Origin: an uncultured Bacteroidota bacterium
GTDB taxonomy: Bacteria; Bacteroidota; Ignavibacteria; Kryptoniales; JAKASW01
Length of the DNA stretch: 64,000 nt
Direction: 5' to 3'
NCBI GenBank assembly: GCA_963806435.1
Contig: CAWEBD010000075.1
Span: 5,395 to 69,394, forward strand
Each line of letters starts with the position of its first letter. Position 1 is the stretch's first letter. Position numbers and translations under genes: made by a program. Positions 57,314 to 64,000 of the stretch are shown piece after piece. The notes under the pieces are model-generated. The model saw only the letters and a list, made by a program, of their open reading frames with translations, was not told the origin of the DNA and searched no databases.

Positions 57314-59716
57314 TCACTCCACCCGGATTGTGCTTATCGACGCGTCAAACGGGAATGTGATCTGAACAAGATTCCCGGTTCGCGTGATAACACCGTCCAT
57401 TTTACGTCCGCCGCGAGTCTGAGCGACGGCACTGTGGATTGACAACTTGCCGGTCTCTGCCAGGCGCAAAGTCATTTCTTTGTAGCCGGGGCTGAATCGC
57501 CCCTCCGATGTGAAATTAAATTCCGCAGCGGCTCCGCTCGTTCCGAACGTCACCTTCATTTTTAGGAAATCCCCGTTCCGATACGCAAGAGTCTCTCCGT
57601 CGTCAAAATACGCATTGCCTTCCGCTGACTTGTCGCCGTAGACACGTAGGTAGAGCGTGTCTGCCTGCTCACTGGTGGATTGGATCAGACTCTGCATGAA
57701 CAGGATTGTCCCTCCCTTAACAAAGACCGGCGTCATCCCGAGCGGCGCGACTATCTCGTGTCTCCCGGCGGGAACGTCAGTCCCGTCGTAAAAGCTTTGC
57801 CAGTTTCCCCGGGGTAAATACACATCTCTCTTGACGACACCCGAATCCAGTACCGGAGCCACAAGGATATTGTCGCCGAACATGAACTCATCATAAATCT
57901 TGTAAGCCTCCGGATCATTCGGGTAATCGAGATAGAGAGGCCTTACGATCGGCATGCCATTCTCGTGGGCAGCTCTGAATGCCGTATAGATCTCCGGGAG
58001 CATCTCATATCTTCTGTCGATGATCTTACGGTTGATCCGTGTGTATTCCTCGCCGAAGGCCCACGGCTCGCGGGGTTTGGAATCCTTGACGCTGTGGGTC
58101 CTGAAGAACGGAGTGAAAGCACCGAGTTCCAGCCAGCGCGTAAAGAGATCCGCGCTCGGGTTACCGACGAACCCTCCCACATCGCTTCCCACAAAAGGCT
58201 GGCCGCTTACTCCAATGTTCAGAAACATAGCGAGAGCGAGTTTCAGATGTGCGAAGCTCGCGAAATTGTCGCCCGTCCACATGGCAGCATAGCGCTGTCC
58301 CCCCGCGTAGTTCGCGCGCGTCAGGACAAACGGACGCTTGTCGGGCTGGAGCTTCTCGAGGCCTTCACGCGTGGCGCGCGCCATCTGCATGCCGTATGCG
58401 TTGTGAAGCTCATAGTGCATAACAGCGACGTCATCAAGATCGTGTACCGCGTCAGGAGGAAAAGTCTTGTTCGGAGTATCGAATACGCTGGGCTCGTTCA
58501 TGTCATTCCAGAAGCCGTCTACACCGTAACCGAGAAGAAACTTATACTGTTCGCCCCACCATGCTCTCGCCTTCTTGTCGAAGAAATCCGGGAATACACA
58601 ATCGCCAGGCCACACCCTGCCGACGAAGTACTTGCCGCTCGGCATCTTGACAAAGACATCCTTCTTCATCCCGCTGTCATAGACTCCGTAACCCTTCTGG
58701 TTCTTTATGCCCGGGTCGATGATGGTCACAACTTTGAATCCGAGGCTGTGAAGCGTATCGAGCATCTTCTTCGGAGTCGGGAAGTTGGTCGGGCTCCACG
58801 TGAAGCACCTGAAACCGTCCATATAATCGATATCGAGGTAGATAACGTCGCACGGGACCTTGTTATCCCGAAACCCATGCGCGAGATCCAGCACCTTCGA
58901 TTCCGGATAGTAGCTCCATCTCGACTGCTGGTACCCGAGCGACCACATCGGAGGCATATGCATTTTTCCCGTCAAGTCGGCGAATTTGCGGACGACATCG
59001 GCCGCGTTCTTGCCTGTAATAACATACAGCTCAAAAGCCCCGGCCCTGGCGGTATAGGTCAGCCTGTCGCCTTTTGTCGCACCGACGTCGAATGTTGAGC
59101 GTGACGTGTTGTCAAAAAACAGTCCGTACGCGCCGCTGGTGTCGGCCTTGAGAAGAAACGGGACGGTTTCGTACAGCGGATCGAACTTCACACCGTACGC
59201 CGGGAAATCGGAATTCCACATCGTCCAGCGGCTGCCGTACTTGTTGTAAGGGAGTGTCTTTTCCCCAAGGCCGTAGAAGTTTCTTGCCTTGTGGATATCA
59301 AATCCGGCCGTCATCCCGGTATCGCTGTACGCGATGGAGTCAAGATCGAGCAAATCGGCTCCATCCTTTGAAAGAAGCCTCAGGCCCATCGTTTTGGGCG
59401 AGAATCGGACGGTGCCATCGGCAAAACTGACGCTGACTATATCCCCGCCGACATTCACTTCGTGGCCGGACAATTCCTCGGGAGTCTCGACGACGGCCAA
59501 CGATTTTCTCCCGTCATCACCCCTCTCAAGAGTTAAATGAAGTATTCCGGATTTGAAGAGCTGGAGCTTAGCTTTCCCCGACTCATACTCCGAGACCACT
59601 TCGTTTTGTGTCTTTTCCGTCTTCACCAACTTGCCTAGTGCTTCCATTTTCCCCGTTCTATTGTTATTGAATCCCGATTGGGCAGCGAGCAGCAGAATCA
59701 GACCGTATATGAACAT
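57314..59716 (-). CDS. glycoside hydrolase family 31 alpha-glucosidase/xylosidase
   Basis: 800 aa. GH31 nucleophile region GVDGFWNDMNEPS and downstream acid/base region (QPFVGSDVGGF). N-terminal signal-like segment. Confidence 0.85.
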   Translation of the reverse strand: MFIYGLILLLAAQSGFNNNRTGKMEALGKLVKTEKTQNEVVSEYESGKAKLQLFKSGILHLTLERGDDGRKSLAVVETPEELSGHEVNVGGDIVSVSFADGTVRFSPKTMGLRLLSKDGADLLDLDSIAYSDTGMTAGFDIHKARNFYGLGEKTLPYNKYGSRWTMWNSDFPAYGVKFDPLYETVPFLLKADTSGAYGLFFDNTSRSTFDVGATKGDRLTYTARAGAFELYVITGKNAADVVRKFADLTGKMHMPPMWSLGYQQSRWSYYPESKVLDLAHGFRDNKVPCDVIYLDIDYMDGFRCFTWSPTNFPTPKKMLDTLHSLGFKVVTIIDPGIKNQKGYGVYDSGMKKDVFVKMPSGKYFVGRVWPGDCVFPDFFDKKARAWWGEQYKFLLGYGVDGFWNDMNEPSVFDTPNKTFPPDAVHDLDDVAVMHYELHNAYGMQMARATREGLEKLQPDKRPFVLTRANYAGGQRYAAMWTGDNFASFAHLKLALAMFLNIGVSGQPFVGSDVGGFVGNPSADLFTRWLELGAFTPFFRTHSVKDSKPREPWAFGEEYTRINRKIIDRRYEMLPEIYTAFRAAHENGMPIVRPLYLDYPNDPEAYKIYDEFMFGDNILVAPVLDSGVVKRDVYLPRGNWQSFYDGTDVPAGRHEIVAPLGMTPVFVKGGTILFMQSLIQSTSEQADTLYLRVYGDKSAEGNAYFDDGETLAYRNGDFLKMKVTFGTSGAAAEFNFTSEGRFSPGYKEMTLRLAETGKLSIHSAVAQTRGGRKMDGVITRTGNLVQITFPFDASISTIRVE

Positions 59717-59717
59717 A

Positions 59718-61544
59718 TCAGATCACCTTCAAATGAAGTTCCATTAATTGTTCCCGGCTAACCTCGTTCGGCGCTTCGTCCATCAGCGACATAGCGCTGC
59801 TTGTCTTCGGGAACGCGATGACATCCCGGATCGATTTACTTCCCGTGAACAGCATAACGAGCCTGTCGAAGCCGAAAGCGATGCCGCCGTGCGGAGGAGC
59901 TCCGTATTTGAACGCTTCCAGGAGGAAGCCGAACTTCTTCTGCGCCTCCTCTTCGGAAATTCCGAGGCAGTTAAACATTTTCTGTTGCAGGGCCGATTGA
60001 AATATCCTTATGCTCCCGCCCGCAATTTCATTCCCGTTCCAGACAAGGTCATACGCCCTCGCGTGGGCCTTCCCTACCGGGTTATCGGAAGTCCATCTCT
60101 TTTTTCTCTTATGTTCCGAGAGGCCTTCATCGAGTATGGCAACATCCTCGTCTTTCGGCGACGTGAACGGGTGGTGCATCGCCGCGAATCGCTTTTCGTC
60201 TTCCGACCACTCAAGCAGCGGAAACTCAGTGACCCACAGGAGCGAATTCTTCTCCTGATCAACGAGGTCGAATTTCTTCGCTGCCTCGAGGCGGAACTGG
60301 CCGAGAGTCCCGTAGATCTGTTTAGCGGGCTGCGTCACGAGAAGTATAAGGTCACCCGTTTGGGCGGCGAACGCTTCACGCAGGCTCTTCAGCTGTTCCT
60401 GAGAAAAGAATTTTGCAGTCGGCGAATCGAGGGATTCCGGAGTCGCTTTGAAGTAGACCAGTCCGGCGGCGCCGCAGGCCTTCGCGAGATCGGTCAGCTC
60501 GTCGACCTGTTTTCTGCTCAGTCCGGCATGTCCCTTCAGATTAATTCCGCAAATCAAGCTCCCGCTCTGAATGGCGGATTCAAATACCTTGAACTGGGAC
60601 CCCTTCAGAAGCTCGGTAACGTCCTCTATCTCGAGCCCGAAACGCAGATCGGGTTTATCGCTTCCGTATTTCTTCATCGCTTCGTCATAACTCAGCCGCG
60701 GCAGCGGAGTCTTTATCTCGAGCCCTTTCACTTCCTTGAAGAGTGTCTTCACGAGTCCTTCCGCCATCTGGTAGATATCTTCTTCGAGGACGAAGGACAT
60801 TTCGATGTCGATCTGCGTGAACTCGGGTTGGCGGTCCGCCCGCAGGTCTTCGTCGCGGAAGCACTTCACTATCTGAAAGTACCTGTCATACCCGGAGACC
60901 ATCAATATTTGTTTGTAAGTCTGCGGGGACTGCGGGAGCGCGTAGAATTTCCCGTGATGTATGCGGCTCGGAACCAGGTAATCGCGTGCCCCCTCCGGCG
61001 TGCTCCTCATGAGGAAGGGCGTCTCGATCTCCAGGAAATTCAGTGAATCCATATATCGCCGCACCGTCTGCGCCATCCTGTGCCGAACGGCCAGGTTGCT
61101 CTGCATCTGGTGGCGCCTCAGATCGAGGAAGCGGTACTTCAGGCGCAGCTCTTCGCTCGTGTCGATGACATCTTCGATCGGGAACGGCGGGGTTTCTGCC
61201 TCGCTCAGGATTACGAGGTCGTCCCCAAGCACTTCTATTTCACCGGTCGGCAGGCTCTTGTTCCGCGTGCCCTCGGGACGGCGTTCAACTTTGCCCACGA
61301 CGGCCAGCACGTCTTCGCTTCTTAACTGCTTCGCGGTTTGATAAACGGATTCATTATGTTGAGGTGCGAAAACGACCTGGGTCTTTCCGTAACGGTCCCG
61401 GAGGTCGATAAAAATGACCCCGCCAAGGTCCCGCCGGCCGTCGACCCAACCATTCAGAGTAACGACATCGTTAATATTGTTCGCTCTAAGCTCACCACAA
61501 GTATGAGTTCTTTTCTTGCCACGCAATGATACTGTCTCGGACAT
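59718..61544 (-). CDS. aspS: aspartate--tRNA ligase
   Basis: 608 aa. OB anticodon-binding N-domain. Class II motifs FRDEDLRADRQPEFTQID and GGIAFGFDRLVM. Bacterial insertion domain present. Confidence 0.95.
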   Translation of the reverse strand: MSETVSLRGKKRTHTCGELRANNINDVVTLNGWVDGRRDLGGVIFIDLRDRYGKTQVVFAPQHNESVYQTAKQLRSEDVLAVVGKVERRPEGTRNKSLPTGEIEVLGDDLVILSEAETPPFPIEDVIDTSEELRLKYRFLDLRRHQMQSNLAVRHRMAQTVRRYMDSLNFLEIETPFLMRSTPEGARDYLVPSRIHHGKFYALPQSPQTYKQILMVSGYDRYFQIVKCFRDEDLRADRQPEFTQIDIEMSFVLEEDIYQMAEGLVKTLFKEVKGLEIKTPLPRLSYDEAMKKYGSDKPDLRFGLEIEDVTELLKGSQFKVFESAIQSGSLICGINLKGHAGLSRKQVDELTDLAKACGAAGLVYFKATPESLDSPTAKFFSQEQLKSLREAFAAQTGDLILLVTQPAKQIYGTLGQFRLEAAKKFDLVDQEKNSLLWVTEFPLLEWSEDEKRFAAMHHPFTSPKDEDVAILDEGLSEHKRKKRWTSDNPVGKAHARAYDLVWNGNEIAGGSIRIFQSALQQKMFNCLGISEEEAQKKFGFLLEAFKYGAPPHGGIAFGFDRLVMLFTGSKSIRDVIAFPKTSSAMSLMDEAPNEVSREQLMELHLKVI

Positions 61545-61618
61545 ACTCTATATCAGTTCGTTAATTGAGAATAGTGAAATTTAATATAAGAAAGGGGGAA
61601 AACAGGTTCAAATTTGAG

Positions 61619-61789
61619 GGATTTCGGTGGTGGGCTACTTTAAGATTTTTGCACACAGAGTACACTGAAAGAGGCACGGATTTTCACTGATACATCGATT
61701 AATAATAATTTGATCCGTGGTTATCTTGTTCTATCCCGTGTTATCTGTGTGCTAATGTTTCGATTCAAAATAGCCCACTACCGGATTTC
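61619..61789. mobile_element. MITE-like element: 157 bp with 12-bp terminal inverted repeats and 7-bp direct repeats
   Basis: TIRs GGTGGTGGGCTA (61626-61637) and TAGCCCACTACC (61771-61782) match 11/12. Flanking direct repeat GGATTTC at 61619-61625 and 61783-61789. Internal nested inverted repeats (GCACACAGA/TCTGTGTGC, CACGGAT/ATCCGTG). No coding capacity. Confidence 0.45.
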
Positions 61790-61819
61790 GGGGAGAACGA
61801 AGCCTCGCGGAGAGTCCTG

Positions 61820-63625
61820 TCAGATCCTTCCGAATTTCTTATCCAATTCCAAAAGCGGAATCTTCACGAGCACCGGCCTGCCGTGAGGGCAGACGTACGG
61901 GACTTCGGCTTCAAAGAGTTGATCGATGAGTGATTCCATCTCTTCTATCGTGAGATAATCTCCCGCCTTCACCGCCGCCTTGCACGCGTACGTCTTGCAG
62001 AGTTTTTCCCGCGGGGTGAGGCGCAGGTCATTGTCCCGTTTGTAATCTTCGATTATTTCGGTGAGTATCGTGCTCTCTCTTCCGGGCTTCAGATCGACCG
62101 GTACGCCGTCGAGGACCACCGTCGAGCCGCTGAAGGTCTTTAAACTGAATCCCATAAGGTTCAAGTCTGGGATCGTCTCCTCGACCACCGTGAAGTCGGC
62201 GGGATCCAGGTTGATGCTGATCGGGAAAAGGAGCTGCTGGGTATTCTGGCCATGCTCGCTAAACCGTTTCAGCGTTCTCTCATAGATCACGCGCTCGTGC
62301 GCGGCGTGCTGGTCGATGACGAGAAGACCTGTAGAGATCTGTGAAATTATATACTTGTTGTGAAGCTGGTAAATGATGCTGCCGGTATCTTCCAGCGAGC
62401 CGCCTTCCGAGCCCGCCGATTCGGCGGAGGTGGACCTGTTCTGCGGGAATCGCAAAGAGAATAACGGATCGACGGCGTCCGCTATGCGCTCGTCATCGAT
62501 GTACCGGCCGGAGGATCCTCCGTGCTGGCCAGGATTCGAGTTGAACGAGACGGGGACGATCCCGCCGCGTGACGACTCCGTCGTGGGACGGCTGACAAAG
62601 CGACCGGAGTCGGGTGCGATCGCCATCTCGGGCACAAGGTCGCTTTTCACCAGCGCGCTTCGCGTCGCCGAGCGGATCGCGCCGTAAATGCTCCGTTCGT
62701 CCCGGAATTTGACTTCCAGTTTCGACGGGTGGACATTGACATCCACTTCATTGGGCGGCATTTCAATGAAGATCGCGAAGAACGGGAAATCGCCTTTGTC
62801 GATGAGATTCTCGTACGCGGAAAACGCCGCGTGATTTATCGCCTTGCTGAGCACATATCTTTTATTGAGGAAGAGGAACTGCTCGCCGCGGGTGCGCTTA
62901 GTATATTCCGGCTTGCCGAGGAAACCGCTGACCTTGAGATGATCGTAATCTTCCTCGAACGCGACCAGCGAATCGGTGAACCGCTCGCCGAAGACCTCAT
63001 CGAGCCTCCCGCGGACCGTGTCTGATTTCGCTCGCAGGACAACCTCGTCGCCCGATTGCAGCCTGAACTCGATCTCCGGGAACGCTATGGCGTATCTTGA
63101 AACAGTCTGGTAAATATGACGGAACTCAGTGGGGTTAGCCTTCATGAAGTTTCTTCTGGCAGGCGTATTGTAGAAGAGGTTTTTCACAATGACTGTGGTT
63201 CCGGTCCCGTGGGCCGTCCTGGAAACTTCTTCCTGCCGTCCTCCGTCGACTCGCAGATACACGGCGGCATCCTCCGCGGCGGTCTTCGTCTTCAGTTCAA
63301 TCTGTGAGACGGCTGCGATCGAGTAGAGCGCTTCTCCACGGAACCCGAGCGTCGCGACATTTTCCAGATCCTGGTATGTCTCTATTTTACTTGTCGCATG
63401 GCGTTCGAACGCGAGGAGGGCGTCTTCTTCGTTCATCCCGGCACCGTCGTCCGTAATCCTGATGAAACTCTTTCCGGCATCCTTCACTTCGACGTCGATC
63501 GACCTTGCGCCGGCATCTATTGAGTTTTCAATCAGCTCTTTTACTACCGACTCCGGGCGTTGGACGACCTCGCCTGCCGCAATTTTACTCGCGATTTCTT
63601 CGGAAAGGACTTTAATTTTTGCCAT
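61820..63625 (-). CDS. mutL: DNA mismatch repair protein MutL
   Basis: About 601 aa. IAAGEVVQRPESVVKELIENSIDAG GHKL ATPase motif. ATG 63625 overlaps the ftsY stop (TGATG), and the track TTG at 63628 is the alternative. Confidence 0.9.
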   Translation of the reverse strand: MAKIKVLSEEIASKIAAGEVVQRPESVVKELIENSIDAGARSIDVEVKDAGKSFIRITDDGAGMNEEDALLAFERHATSKIETYQDLENVATLGFRGEALYSIAAVSQIELKTKTAAEDAAVYLRVDGGRQEEVSRTAHGTGTTVIVKNLFYNTPARRNFMKANPTEFRHIYQTVSRYAIAFPEIEFRLQSGDEVVLRAKSDTVRGRLDEVFGERFTDSLVAFEEDYDHLKVSGFLGKPEYTKRTRGEQFLFLNKRYVLSKAINHAAFSAYENLIDKGDFPFFAIFIEMPPNEVDVNVHPSKLEVKFRDERSIYGAIRSATRSALVKSDLVPEMAIAPDSGRFVSRPTTESSRGGIVPVSFNSNPGQHGGSSGRYIDDERIADAVDPLFSLRFPQNRSTSAESAGSEGGSLEDTGSIIYQLHNKYIISQISTGLLVIDQHAAHERVIYERTLKRFSEHGQNTQQLLFPISINLDPADFTVVEETIPDLNLMGFSLKTFSGSTVVLDGVPVDLKPGRESTILTEIIEDYKRDNDLRLTPREKLCKTYACKAAVKAGDYLTIEEMESLIDQLFEAEVPYVCPHGRPVLVKIPLLELDKKFGRI

Positions 63626-64000
63626 CAAGCTCCCTTTGCTGCGGATCCCTGGATGTGATTCTCCTCTTCGGCTTCAGAAAACAACGCGTCGACAAAAGTG
63701 GTGCGGTCGAACGGCTGCAGGTCATCTATCCCCTCGCCGACGCCGATATACTTCACAGGTAATTTAAGCTCCTGGCTGATAGCAATCACAATGCCTCCCT
63801 TGGCGGTACCGTCGAGCTTGGTCAAGACTATTCCCGTGACCCCCGCGGACTGAAGGAACTGTTTCGCCTGCACGAGCCCGTTCTGGCCGGTAACTGCGTC
63901 GAGCACAAGATAGACTTCATGCGGAGCGCCCGGAATTACTTTCCCGATCACCCTCGTGATCTTCCTGAGTTCTTCCATCAGATTCGTCTTGGTATGGAGC
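63625..64000 (-). CDS. ftsY: signal recognition particle receptor FtsY (3' part; gene runs off the window end)
   Basis: The frame is open to 64000 and reads ...[14 protein letters not shown]...[11 protein letters not shown]...[15 protein letters not shown], the SRP GTPase G3-G5 region. Confidence 0.85.
   Translation of the reverse strand, partial: LHTKTNLMEELRKITRVIGKVIPGAPHEVYLVLDAVTGQNGLVQAKQFLQSAGVTGIVLTKLDGTAKGGIVIAISQELKLPVKYIGVGEGIDDLQPFDRTTFVDALFSEAEEENHIQGSAAKGA

Overview
Gene-dense bacterial chromosomal window with about 60 protein genes and one tRNA. Almost every gene from 15 to 41231 is on the minus strand, and many junctions are 1-20 nt gaps or 4-nt overlaps. No rRNA, CRISPR array or intact transposase/integrase was seen. 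Gene content includes a CarboxypepD_reg-type TonB receptor with a DUF4249 lipoprotein, a PorV/PorQ-like OMP, KorAB, an RRM protein and a PDO with CQYC/CPYC sites. This resembles an FCB-group (Ignavibacteria/Chlorobi-like) organism, but taxonomy cannot be established from the sequence alone. Housekeeping blocks: rpsF-ssb-rpsR-rplI, prs-rplY-pth, korAB-ccdA, pepA, nrnA-like, dnaX, lon, maeB, aspS, mutL and ftsY (partial). Accessory or regulatory blocks: (1) an 11-gene thiol/sulfur redox operon (8148-12539); (2) ECF sigma / HEAT-repeat anti-sigma / 2x DUF4097 (24543-28136); (3) a partner-switching module with two GAF-PP2C phosphatases (30608-35355); (4) a nirK(cytochrome c fusion)-nirV-sco-hemerythrin cluster (45650-49587). 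(5) The most unusual locus (50228-56857) looks like an archaic chaperone-usher pilus system built from DUF4402/SCPU-type subunits. Its usher-like outer-membrane protein ends in three SPOR-like peptidoglycan-binding repeats, one subunit gene is split by a frameshift, and its signal peptide has no canonical start codon. Smaller oddities: a tRNA-Gln / GIY-YIG / tRNA-like remnant scar, a 34-nt palindromic insertion truncating the GIY-YIG gene, a triple REP-like hairpin repeat, a 157-bp MITE-like element, and rpsF lacking an ATG/GTG/TTG start. All family calls rest on motifs read by eye and recalled family architectures. No database search was run.
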